The notes under the pieces were generated by a model. The model made no database searches. It was not told the origin of the DNA and worked only from the letters and a program-made list of their open reading frames with translations. Shown here piece after piece: positions 10,841 through 23,050 of a stretch of DNA of 64,000 nucleotides (positions are counted from its first letter, which is position 1; every line of letters starts with the position of its first letter). Made by a program: the position numbers and the translations under genes. This DNA is from Malacoraja senta (lineage: Eukaryota): assembly GCA_038087875.1 (NCBI GenBank), contig CM075990.1, positions 930,001-994,000 of the forward strand, written 5' to 3'.

Positions 10841-12918
10841 AAGGGCTGTCTCACTGTGCGAGTTGACCCACTAGTGACCCCGAGTGTTAAACAAATTTAA
10901 CTCGTGGTAATCACGTACAATTAACGTAGCGGGACGTCGGAACTCGGGGACGCAACTTAGCGACTCTTGGCGCTAACGGGAGGTACACGTGAAACTTGTT
11001 AACTCTTGCAAAAGTTCAAACATGTTTGTACTTTTCCACGAGTAAAATGTACTCTTGAGGTTAAAATTTGAAACATTTTAAACTCGTTGTAAGAACGTAG
11101 TGGCCCGTGCGTTTAACTTTGGGACTCGTGAGTCTACCGTGGGAACTCTTTTTAGAAACAATAATCAGGGACAGAAATATCAGCTACTTATACTTTTTAA
11201 AGACAAATTCTGCTTAACAAAGTAAAAGTTATTGATAAGGTGACAGAGTGGGTTGAAAAGAAAAAATTGCTTGAAGTTTATATATAGATTTTGTGTATTT
11301 GGGACTGAGCTCACAACCTTAAGACAAACCAGTATTGAGGAACAGCGTGAGAACATTTTATGACACTTCATGGCAGCCTAATCTGAGGTTCCGTTTCAGC
11401 AATCTAATGACAGTGAGGAAGGAGCTGTCCCTGAATCAGGTAGTACATGTATGTGAGCGTTTGTATTATCTGCTCACGGGGTGAAAGGAGAGGAAGGAAT
11501 GGTACGTTGGCTGCTTCCCGAAGCAGGTCGAAGTGTAGATTGAGTTGATAGGGGGAAAGCTGGCCTGTGTAATAGACTGCACTACATTTGCAAATCTCTG
11601 TAATATATACTGCGCTCTTGGGCAAAGCTGCTCCCAAAACAGGCATTGATGCATCACAATATGATGCTTTGTACGATGTAGACTGTGGAAGCTGATAGGC
11701 TGCCCAGGCAATCAGACATGACTCCGGTGACTCTCATGCGCACTCTGAACTGGTCAGCTGGACAGAGGGAAAAAAAGGTGAGTTAAAAAAATGTGACTTC
11801 AACATCAGCACGTGACCTGGGTCAATCTTGGGCGTTTCACCTCATTGCTGGTGAATCTTTTTGATAAGAAGCTTGCTAGAGATGCTCCCAGAAAGTTCGA
11901 CGAAAGGGAAGAGTAGAGCCTTACAAAAAAAACTGCCATGGAGGCTATAGTCCATACAGGAGGAGAGGAGGAGGAGGAGAGGCAACAGGAGATTCAACAG
12001 GAGATTGAACAGGAGATTCAACAGGAGATGCCACAGGAGAAGTCAACACTGCCTGTGGGCTCCCAGGTAGCTGTGTGTGAAACAGCCTCAGACGTGGATG
12101 CCCCATTCAAGGGAAGATGGAATAAAGTTAAAACCATTTAACTTCGACAGGCAGCAAGAGGGAGACCTTGTAGAGTGGTTTCAGGCTAATGAAATCCTCT
12201 ATGACAAATCTAAAGAAGATTATCGTAATAGGGACAAGAAGCGTGCTCTGTATGAGGAAAAGGCAGCGGAGTATCCTGGGTGCACATGTGAGTACATTGT
12301 GATATATTAGGGTATCAGCAGGTAAACCATTTTATTTTATCCAATATGAAAAATGTTCAGTGTTATTGCTGTAAAAGTTCTATATTTGACATCAAATTCA
12401 ACTTCTCTAGTAGTTCTGTGCCCTGCAGCTGTAAGTTATACGTTGCAGACACATTTCACAGGTTGTGTGTTTGAAGTTTGAATCCTGTTTCCAATAGCCC
12501 ATAAAATTAAATATGCGTGAAGACAGGCAATTAACACATGTGATGCTTGTCTTTAAAAAGGCTGTTTGTTTTGAACTTTGAATGATGTCTTCAAGAAAGA
12601 CAACATTAAATATGCGGATGGCAGGCTATTAAACAGGGCAACAATTTAACAGGACTTCTTCAACAGGACTTAATGGCTTTCAGGTACATTTTTCAACACG
12701 TCGATATACATTGTTGCCTCAAGATTAACGGGAGAGGAACTTGGTACACTCGGGAGACGAACTTGGAACATCGCAGAAATGAGAAGTAAACGGCAAACTT
12801 AGACATACCCGTGGGAACTCGGTTAAACTCTGGATCATAAACTTGTAGTCTCGTAAGCAACCACGAGTCTTTCACTCGGGGTCACTCGTGGGTCAACTCG
12901 CACAGTGAGACAGACCTT
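10841..12918 (+). mobile_element. PIF/Harbinger non-autonomous transposon (2078 bp) retaining a MADF/Myb-like ORF
   Basis: ~46-bp TIRs (AAGGGCTGTCTCACTGTGCGAGTTGACCCA.../...GGGTCAACTCGCACAGTGAGACAGACCTT), TTA target duplication at 10838-10840 and 12919-12921; removal restores the host repeat CACTGAGTTA-CACCAGCATTTTG. Confidence 0.9.
11938..12287 (+). pseudogene. Harbinger ORF2-like MADF DNA-binding protein exon, frameshifted
   Basis: Acidic leader, then in another frame PFNFDRQQEGDLVEWFQANEILYDKSKEDYRNRDKKRALYEEKA (MADF-like L.E....P.LYD....Y.N...K), ending at a GTGAGT donor. Confidence 0.75.
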
Positions 12919-13895
12919 TTACACCAGCATTTTGTGTCTATCTTTGATGTTACTTTGTTAATTAAAGTTTAGAAAATGCAACTGATCAAACTAAACTGCT
13001 GTTATAATTCTCAACATTCTTCACTTTCAATTTACCTGTGACCTGATATTATAAAGTTGAAGAGATATTATAAGGTTATGTCATAAGTGATAGGAGCAGA
13101 ATTATGCCATTCGGCCCATCAAGTCTACCTCTGCCATTGAATCATGACCGATCTAATCTCTCCCTCCGAACCCCATTCTTCTGCCTTCTCCCCCGTAACA
13201 ACTGACAACCTTACTAATCATGAATTTGTCTATCTCTGCCTTAAAATATCCTTTGACTTAGCCTCCACAGCCTTCCCTGGTAAAGAATTCCACAGATTCA
13301 CCACCCATATTAGTGGCACACTTCCCAAAGGCCTGGTTACAAAGCTCAAAAGTCTACATGCAAACTGCAGTCTCTTTTTATGTTATGCTATAAGCACTGA
13401 GGGAGCATCCATTTTTTCAGAAATTATTTCAGGCACATTATAAACAGACATCTTCAAACCCCCTTCTCGTGAGTTTTGTTTCTTGCAGTTATCAGTGCCA
13501 GCTATTTCTTCTCCCACAGCATCTGGGAACATGTTTAATTAAAAGAGATTTAAATCCTACAAAGTCTTTTTATCAGGGGCATCAAAATGATTAGGCTGAT
13601 TAATCTAACGCTGACATGCTCACAATATATGAGATGGTGCCATAACTGAATATGAGTTTTCAGATTTATTATTCACACTCTTCTATTAGCCAGAGACAGA
13701 ATCAGTCTCTCCTATTAAATTTTACTACCATTAAGTGTTCTCTGCAATGTTTAAGTCAAATTGCAGAAACTTCAACATAATTAGGTCAGAACCACAGTGC
13801 AACGGGTGGCAAGTGTTGCAGTATCAGAGGTGCTTGCCACTGGACACCATCACATGCCTGTACTCCCTCTGCGGCTCTCACAGCTGCTTGCACTC

Positions 13896-14206
13896 TTTTA
13901 GTTTTAGAGATACAGCGCGGAAACAGGCCCTTCGGCCCATCTAGTCCGCGACATCCAGCAATCCCCGCACATTAACACTATCCTACACACACCAGGGACA
14001 GTTTAGACATTCACCAAGCCAATTAACATACAAACCTTTACGTCTTTGGAGTGGGGGAGGAAACCAAAGATCTCGGAGAAAACCCACACAGCCACGGGGA
14101 GAACGTACAAACTCCGTACAGGCAGCACCCGTAGTCAGGATCGAACCCGGGTCTCCGGCGCTGCAAGTGCTGTAAGGCAGCAACTCTACCGCTGCGCCAC
14201 CGTGCC
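13896..14206 (-). mobile_element. HE1/V-SINE-type SINE
   Basis: Full-length consensus-like copy. Confidence 0.9.
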
Positions 14207-14252
14207 TCCCTGTGCCGCACAGTGGGCCCAACATTCAGGGGTAGGCTGTTCG

Positions 14253-14790
14253 GTTTAGTTGAGTTTATTGTCACGTGTACCGAGGTACAGTGAAAAGCTT
14301 TTGTTACATGCTATGCAGTCAGCAGCGACAATACATGATTACAATCGAGCCATTTACAATGTATAGATACATGATAAGGGAATAATATTTAGTGTAAGGT
14401 AAAGCCAGTAAAGTCCAATCAAAGATAGTCTGAGGGTCAACAATGAGGTGGATAGTAGTTCAGGACTGCTCCCTGTTTGTGGTAAGATGAATCAGTTGCC
14501 TGATAACAGCTGGGAACAAACTGTCCCTAAATCTGATGGTGTGCGTTTTCACACTTCTATACCTTTTGCCTGATGGAAGAGACAAGAAGAGGGATTGGCC
14601 AGGGTGTGACTCGTCCGTGAATATGCTGCTGGCCTTACCAAGGCAGCGTGAGGTATAACTGGAGTCAATAGAAGGGAGGTTGGTTTGTGTGATGGTCTGG
14701 GCTGCATCCGCAATTCACTTCAATTTCTTGCGGTCTTGGATGGAGCTGCTCCCAAACCAAGCTGGGAAGCATCCTGATAAAATGTGAACC
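14253..14790 (-). mobile_element. Rex1/Babar-like LINE 3' end
   Basis: Minus strand resembles the Rex1-type C terminus (AASI.TD.SHPG.SLF..LPSG.RYRS) followed by a 3' UTR ending GACAATAAACT repeats; related pieces lie at 2773-3080 and 15245-15470. Confidence 0.65.
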
Positions 14791-14964
14791 GGATAGGCTG
14801 CGTTTTGTCTCATTGCACACATTTATACCCATGGTTCTGACCCCTGGCCAAACTCTATCCCTGACCACCCCACCCCCTGTCACAGTCTGACTTTGAAACT
14901 TTCAAATAAAATGAAAAAAGAATGTGAAGACAATTGAAAACGTCACTTTTTAACATTCAGAACA

Positions 14965-15140
14965 TTAAACACACACAAACTCAAAACACATGCACAGTAA
15001 AAATAAACACATAAACACTCACAAACACACACAAATACATGCACAAACACTCAAAAACACACACACAAACACAGATGCACAAACGTTTACATAAAAATGT
15101 ACACAAACACAAAAACACAAATGTACAAATACACAAATGA
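14965..15140 (+). repeat. Degenerate (CA/AAAC)n low-complexity tract
   Basis: Seen directly in the sequence. Confidence 0.85.
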
Positions 15141-16009
15141 AAGGTAGCTCAAATCATTAAGAACTACAAATAAATAATACAAAAGCCAGCCTCTTACTCT
15201 TTCCAACAATAGAGATCTCCCATTCCTTTGATTGGGGATTGTTTTGTTTAGTTTAGTTTAGTTTATTGGCACATGTACTGATGTACAGGGAAAAGCTTTT
15301 GTTGCTGTGCTAACCAGTCAGTGAAAAGACTATACATGATTACAATTGAGCCATTCACAGTGTATATAAACATGATAAAGGGAAGAACGTGAATGACATT
15401 TAGTGTAAGATAAAGCCAGTAAAGTCTGATCAAAGATAGTCTGAGGGTCTCCAATGACTGCTCTCTAGGAGTGTGGTATCTGCAGCATTTTAAATTCCTG
15501 CGGGTTCAGTCGGCAACATGCAAACCTGAGAAACAGACAAGTGTGGAAGCTCATGGTTCCCCTTGGACTTCATGAGGGCCCTCCTGGAGCATTCAAGGGC
15601 CACCACAGTCAGTGGCAAAAAAAGTGGATGATGCCAGTACCAGCACCAAACATGTCGTTCCCTGAGGCACTTGGGGAGGTTTTGAGGATGTGTGGGGAAA
15701 TTGGGAAGATCTATCCCAGGTTTTGTTAACCTTGAGGGTCATTGAGGTTCTGGTCAGGAAAGAGAAGGAGATATAAGCCAGGCTTAGGCAGCGGTGTTCA
15801 AGCTGAGAAATCCCCACAGGGGTATGAAGGAGATGCAGAAAGTGAGGAAGGGGTTAAGTTTTGATGAGGGACATAACTACAGTGCTCAGAGAGGATTTTC
15901 TTGGGGTATTGTCCAGTGAACTATTTGGGTAGAGTTTAAAAAACTATAATCACTTTGATGGGATTGTATTATAGTGCCCCCCCCCCCCCCACTCCCCACT
16001 CTCCACTCC

Positions 16010-19000
16010 CCATAGTCAACATTAATTATAAAGTGTATACATAGTGCGTCTGCAGACAGCTGTAAAAGCAATGGATATTATGAGCAGGAGATCTAAGCTT
16101 CCCTAATATTGATTAGGTCTCCCATGTTGTAAAGAGCTTTGCTACAGTAGAATCTGTTATATGTGTCCAAGAATATTTAAAGGCCCGATTATAAAGGGCC
16201 CTGTCCAATATTGACTGGAGTTACTTAAGGGCCTGTCCCACATGCATGCGATTGCATGCGTCTGGCGCGACCAAACATGCTCGCTTGAGGCGTACGGGCA
16301 CCGTATGTCCGCGCGGGGCCGGTCCCACATCGAAGCGCGGAGGCATATGGAGTTGTGCGGGGCTGGTCCCGACATCACGCGGGGCTCCGGAAATCCTGCA
16401 CTGTCTGAAAATTTCGCGTGCGAACGGCCTGTCGGCCCGCAGGCACATTGAGGGCGTACGCAGCGTCTTGACAGCGTACGCAGCGTCTTGACGGCATACG
16501 CCTAGCACGTGGCGTTGCGCGATGATGTCACTGTCCGGCGTGGCGTTGCGTGATGACGTCACCGCCCGACGCCGTGCGACGCCCAAATTCAGTCGGCCCG
16601 CCTCCTGCCCAGCTGATTGGTGAGTATGACACAAATGACGTCACGCGCGAACTTAGCGCGTACTTAGCGCGTACTTAGCGCGTACTTCGCGTGAACTCCG
16701 CTTCTGTTTGGTCGCGCCAACGCATGCAATCGCATGCAGGTTTGCTAGGTGTATACAAAAGGGGTTCCTAAAACAGTATGCGGACAATCCAACTCAAGGA
16801 AGGACCATATTGGACCTGGTATTGGGAAAGGAGCATGGCCAGGTGACTGGTGTTTCAGTAGAAAAGCATTTTGGGGACAGTGATCACAATTCTGTAATTT
16901 GTAATATTGTTTCAATAGGGATACATCAGGATCTTGGGGGGATGTATTAAATTGCAGTAAGGAAGATTACAAAGTTATTGGGCAGGAGCTAGGGAGAGTA
17001 AATCGGGAGCAGTTGCTATTGAGTAGGTCTGCACTTAACATGTGATAGCCAATTTGTCAAAATTCAGGACCAGCATATTCCAGTAAGGATAAGGGATAAG
17101 GGTGTCAAGGTAGGAGACCCTGGGATGACCAAAGAGTTTGTAAATTTGATCAGAAAGAAAAATAAAGTGTATGTGATATTTAAGAAAAGCATTTGAGAAA
17201 CAAAAATCAAGTAGGAAATAAGTCGATTAGATTAGAAGGTCCAAAAGGAGCCTTCTCACAGAAGTTTAGGACGAAAAGGGACCATGAAATCTCTTTGTTG
17301 ATTTGGTTTAAAGAAAATCCTAATAAGTCATTTTATACGTTCATTAAATACAAAAGGAAAATCAGGACAGCTCAAGGATAATGGGGGGAATTTGTGCTGG
17401 GAGGACACTGGCTAGACACTAAACAAATAGTTTGAATCTGTATTCAGTAAGGAGAATGACATGGAGAACAGTGATATTAGTGTGAGAATTACTAATATAG
17501 AAAGGTAGTTTGGGATCAAGAAAGCGGTGGCATTGGGGTATGATTGGATCTATCCCCGGTTATTAAGAGAAGCAAGATGGAAATCTTTCATACTGTAAGT
17601 TCATAAGTTGATAAGTGATAGGAGCTGAATTAGGCCATTCGACCTATCAAGTCTACTCCGCCATTCAGTCATAGCTGATCTATCTTTCCCTCTTAACCCA
17701 ATTCTCCTGCCTTCTCCCCATAACCCCCTGACATCTGTACTAATCAAGAATCTATCTACATATCTCTGCCTTAAAAATATCCATTGATTTGGCCTGCACA
17801 GCCTTCTGTGATAATGAATTCCACAGATTCATCATCCTCTGACTAAAGAAATTCCTCCTCATCTCCTTCCTAAAGGAACGTCCTTTAATTCTGAGGCTAA
17901 AGGACCTTAGCCTCTGGTCCTAGACTCTTTACATATTCACTAGACACAGACAAAGACCCAAAAGACTGGAAAGTATCGAAAGTTGTTCCTTTGTTTAAGA
18001 GGGGAAAGAGAAATAAACCAGGGAATTATCGGCCAGTGAGCCTCAAGTCAATGGTAAGCAAGCTATTGTAGAGCATTCGTCAGGATACGATTTACTCCTA
18101 TTTGAAAGGGAATGGGCTAATTAGAGATGGCTTTGTATGCAGTAGGTCATGTCTCACTAACATGATTGAATTTTTTTGAGGATGTGACAAAGTGATCAAT
18201 GAGGGTCGAGTGGTGAATGTGGTCTACGTAGATTTTAGTAAGGCATTTGATAAAGTCCCCCTTTGCAAGGTTGATCAAGCTGATTAAGATGCACAGGATT
18301 CCCATATGAATTTAGAACTGGCTTACACATGGACAGGGTTGTGGTGGAAGGATGTTATTCTCACTAGATGTCTGTGACATATACAGTATGTATAATGGAC
18401 ATAATTGTAGATGGTTTGGAAACTTTTGGAGAGGATGCTTTGGCATAGCATTTATTCACACTTGGAAAAGAATGGACTAATTAGAGATAGTTAGCATGGT
18501 TTTATCTGCAGCTGGTCACATCCCCCAAATATAATTGAGTTTAGATGGTGACAAAAGTGATTGATGAGGGTAGGGTGGTGTACGTTGTCTACATGAATTT
18601 TAGGAAGGCATTTGACAAAGACCTTCATGGTAGCCAATCAAGAAGATTAAGATGCATGGGATCGATGTGACTTGGATGTTTTGATTCAGAACTGCCTTAT
18701 TCATAGAAGACAGGCTTGGGTAGAAGGATGTTATTCTGGCTGGAAGTCTGTGAAAGAGGAATATCACAAACATCTGTGTTGGTACCTCTGTTGCTTGTGA
18801 TATATATGAAAATAGCAGACATAAATGTAGATGGATTGGTTAGTACATTTGTGGGCGAGTTGTGGATAGTGAGGGAGACTGTAAAAGTATACAGCGGGGT
18901 AGAGAACAGCTACACAAATGTGTGAAGCAACAGCAGATGCAGTTTAATCTGAGCAAGTGTGAGGGTTTGCTCTTTGGGAGTTCAAATGAAAGTTAATGCC

Positions 19001-19085
19001 AAAACTTTGAACAGCAATAATGTACAGAGGAATCTTAGCATCAGAATCCATAGTTATCTAAAAGTGGCTACACAATTAGATATAT
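16010..19085 (+). mobile_element. Old, heavily decayed CR1 LINE ORF2 (endonuclease to RT), interrupted by a MITE and another CR1 tail
   Basis: FLKQYADNPTQGRTILDLVLG..HFGDSDHN, ENPNKSFYTFIK, PGNYRPVSL, YVDFSKAFDKV and SVLVPLLLVIY, with many stops and frameshifts. Confidence 0.85.
16228..16740. mobile_element. Harbinger-type MITE, right end truncated
   Basis: TTA then AGGGCCTGTCCCACATGCATGCGATTGCATGCG..., with the inverted match GTTTGGTCGCGCC..CGCATGCAATCGCATGCA at the right end; CpG-rich interior with (CTTAGCGCGTA)n. Confidence 0.8.
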
Positions 19086-19159
19086 CATTGTTCAAATTAA
19101 GTGAATCACAGGGTGATCTTGATATTTTTTCATATGATGATTTTCTATGTCCACCATTT

Positions 19160-19449
19160 GTTAGTTTAGTTTAGTTTAAGATACAGCGCGGAAACAGCAC
19201 CGACCAGTAATACCCACACGCTTACACTATCCTACACGCACTAGGGACAATTTACAATTTTATAAAGTCAATGAAACGACAAAACTGTATGTCTTTTGAA
19301 TGTGGGAAGAAACCAAAGATCTTGGAGAAAACCCACGCAGGTCATGGGATGAACGTACAAATTCCAAACAGACAAGTACCCGTAGTCAGGATCGAACCCA
19401 GGTCTCTGGCGCTGTAAGGCAGTAGATCTACCGCTGCGCCACCATGCCA
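19160..19449 (-). mobile_element. HE1/V-SINE-type SINE
   Basis: Matches the family consensus. Confidence 0.85.
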
Positions 19450-19600
19450 CACATTTTGCTTATATTATTGCTCTTATATTTTTCAGTAACCCAGCAAATC
19501 CCTCCAAAAATTTATTCTGCTCAGTTTTCGTTCTCCGGATATTGATCATCAAGCAATTGACTATTGACTGATATCTTATCTATTTAACTATTAAAACTCT

Positions 19601-19728
<128 letters not shown>

Positions 19729-20059
19729 TTACATCTGCTCAAAAAAACAACTCCCTGACGGTAAATTTTTTACATATTCTTGTAGAGTTTTATTCTGTGG
19801 ATTCAGAAATCGTCACCTGAACATTTCTAGCTTTATTTCCTGAGATATTTATGAAAATGTTCAAAAATTTCAAATACCTTAGAAAATCAACGAGCTGATG
19901 ACGTCACAGTGGGCCTGCTTGCGCGGCCTGTGCACACTGTTTTCCACGCGCTGCGAGTTACGTCACCCCCGGCCCCTCCGACTCGCAGTCATTTGGTCGC
20001 CGTCCGTCCTTCTGCCGCCCGATCGCCGCGGTCCCCACAGCCCGCTCGCTCACCCAGCT

Positions 20060-20395
20060 CCATTCCTCCTCTCCCCCCTTCCTCTTCTCCCCCCACTTCT
20101 CCTGCCTCCCCTCTACCCCTCCCCCTCTCCTCCTCCCCCTCACCTCCTCCTCCTCCTCCCCCTCACCTCCTCCTCCCCCTCACCTCCTCCTCCCCCTCCT
20201 CTCTCCCCCTCCCCTCCCCTCCACCCTCTAACCCACTCCTCTCTTTCTCCCCCTCCCCTTCTCTCCCCGCCTGTCTCCCTCCCTATCTCCCCCCTCCTCT
20301 CTCTCTCCCCTCTCCCCCTCCCCCAACCCCCCTCCTCTCCCCAACTCCCCTCTCTCCCCCCTCCCATCCATCCCCCTCTCACCCCCCTCCCCCCG
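20060..20395 (+). repeat. C/T-rich polypyrimidine tract inside the Helitron
   Basis: Seen directly in the sequence. Confidence 0.95.
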
Positions 20396-20497
20396 TGTGG
20401 GTTGGGGGTGGTTAGTATGTGTGTGATGCCACAGGCCATCCCCCCCACGCAACTGCTCGTTGAGGGGACGGGACCCAACAGGTCCCACTTGGTCTAG

Positions 20498-21535
20498 TCT
20501 ACTACAAACCTACACTTCTTCCCAACCAGCCTCCTTTAAAGAGTCTATCCCCTTCTCCCAATTCCTATGTCTACGCCGCATCTACACCCAGGATGAGGTG
20601 TTCCATACCAGGGCATTGGAATTGTCCTCATTCTTTAGGAAAATGGGGTTCCCCTCTTCCTTTATAGATGAGGCTCTCACTAGGGTCTCCTCGATATCCC
20701 GCAGCTCCGCTCTTGCTCCCCCTCACGCATTCATAACAAGGACAGGGTCCCCCTTGTCCTCACCTTCCAGCCCATCAGCCATCGCATACAGCATATAATC
20801 CTCCAACATTTTCGCTACCTCCAACGGGATTCCATTACTGGCCATATCTTCCCATCTCAACCCCTTTCTGCTTTCCGCAGAGACCGTTCCATCTGAAACT
20901 CCATAGTCAACTCGTCCCTTCCCACCCAAACCACCCCCTCCCCAGGTACATTCCCCTGCAACCGCAGGAGATGTAACACCTGTCCCTTTACCTACCCCCT
21001 CCACTCCATCCAAGGACCCAAACAATCTTTTCAGGTGAGGCGGAGGATCACTTGCACCTCCTCCAACCTCATCTACTGCATCCACTGTTCCAGGTGTCAA
21101 GTTCTCTACATTGGCGAGACCCAGCACAGGCTCGGCGATTGTTTCACTGAACACCTCCGCTCAGTTCGTCTTAACCTAGCTGATATCCCGGTAGCTCAGC
21201 ACTTTAACTCCCCCTCCCATTCCCAACCTGACCTTTCTGTTCTGGGCCTCCTCCATTATCAGAGTAAGGCCCAGTGCAAATTGGAGGAAAAGCACCTCAG
21301 CGGTATGAACATTGACTTCTCTAACTTCATATAGCCCTTGCTTTCTCTCTTTCTTCATCCCCTCCCCATACCCAGTTCTCCCACCAGTCTTACTGTCTTC
21401 GACTACATTCTATCTTTGTCCCACCCCCTCCCCTGACATCAGTCTGAAGAAGGGGCTTGATCTGAAACATTACCTATTCCTTCTCTCCAGAGATGCTGCC
21501 TGTCCCTCTGAGTTACTCCAGCATTTTGTGTCTAC
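20498..21535 (+). mobile_element. Penelope-like element 3' part: RT thumb, GIY-YIG endonuclease and terminal repeat
   Basis: YTSSQPASFKESIPFSQFL.LRRI, then FQVRRRITCTSSNLIYCIHCSRCQVLYIGETQHRLGD.F.EH and VAQHFN. Confidence 0.92.
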
Positions 21536-21552
21536 CAAGCAATTCACAAAAT

Positions 21553-21850
21553 GGATATCACTCCAAGGAGGCGAACAAAGATCATAACCTTGCATCAACA
21601 TTGCTCAAAGTCACAGTGAGAGATCGCAACGTTGGTAGGGGTGAGCCATGTTTCTATATCCAGGATTGTCAAGCAATCGCATAAGAGGCTGAGTAGGTAC
21701 GGTTGCAAAGTAAAGACGACTCCAAGAGAGGTGGCCTTGCTGATTCAGGAACATAAGAAGAATCCAAGCACGGCACGTGATCCACCAAAGAACAATTTGG
21801 AGGCAGCAGAAGTCTGAATAAGCTCAAACAACTTCTAACTGTTGCAATGA
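21553..21850 (+). mobile_element. Tc1-like transposase N-terminal fragment
   Basis: DITPRRRTKIITLHQH..SQ*EIATLVGVSHVSISRIVK...GCKVKTTPREVALLIQ..KKNP resembles the paired-like HTH and GRKRKTTPR region of Tc1 transposases. Confidence 0.7.
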
Positions 21851-22724
21851 AGTACAAACAATACCAGTGTGAACCTATGTGCAGATAGATAGAGATGGCC
21901 GCATCATGTTCAACACATCGTGGGACGAAGGCCTGTCCTTATGCTGTACTGTTGTATGTTCGACACGTATGCAGCCTCTGATCCATTCAGGAAGCTGGGG
22001 CCAGCTTGAAAATTGTAGGTAGTGCGTAAACTGAAGGGTCACATTACAAGTAAGGTCAAAGAGAATACATAAAGTCTATGGTTCTGCATAAAACTGTAAT
22101 TGAGATTTGTTTTCTCCAGCATTATATAACACAGAAACAAGCTTACACACAAAAAGCTGGAGTAACTCAGCGGGTCAGGCTGATTGACCCTACTTGTTCC
22201 TGCTGACAAAAATGCAAAGCTGCACTAATCTTATTTGCCCTGTTTGGTCCATATCCCTCCAAGCCATTCCTATTCATATACTGCCTAAAACATTGTATTT
22301 GTACCTCTTGTGGGAATATTCTATCTACTCATCCTCTGCATGAAAAATATGACCTTCAGGTCCCCCTCCTTTCTCACCTTAAACACGTGCCCTCCCGTTT
22401 TAGGCGATGAAAAGATTGTGATTATCTGGATAAAGACAAATGAGAATATACCCAATCTATGCTTTTATCATTTTATAAATCTGCAAAATGTCACCCTCAG
22501 CTTCCTTTGCTCCAGGGGAAACAGCACCAGCCTATCCAGTCACTCTGTATAAATCAATTCCCCCAGTCCAGGTCATAGTCATTGTCATACAGCATTGAAA
22601 CAGGCCCTTCAGCCCAACTTGCCCACAACGACCAACATGCCTCATTCACACTAGTCCCACCTGCCTGGATTTGCCCCATATACCTCTAAACCTGTCCTAT
22701 CCATGTACCTGCTAAATGTTAGTT

Positions 22725-23050
22725 GTTGATCTTGCAGGAGTGAACACAACCCTGTCCACATTAATAGAGCTGCTGCATTGAACAGCTTTACATTCCTAGG
22801 CATCTGTATCACCAACAATCTAACCGTGTCCTTTCATATTGATGCCTATTAGCATATTTACTTTCTTTCTTAGGTATCTTGAGAAGATTCAGCATGTCCA
22901 CAAGGATTCTCTCAAATTTCTACAGATGTGCTAAAGAAAGTATTCTGGTAGGATACATCTCAGCATGGTATGGTACCTGATCTGCTCTTGACCAGTTGAC
23001 CTGTAGGGAATGGTCCTTCCATCCAGTCCATCTTCACCATGTGTTGCATT
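22725..23050 (+). mobile_element. Rex1-like LINE RT C-terminal fragment
   Basis: SFTFLGICITNNL...LRRFSMSTRILSNFYRCAKESIL...WYG. Confidence 0.7.

Noticed and set aside
13440..13800. Possible conserved non-coding element with TAAT-rich motifs
   Set aside because: Motif density is not distinguishable from AT-rich background without a cross-species alignment.
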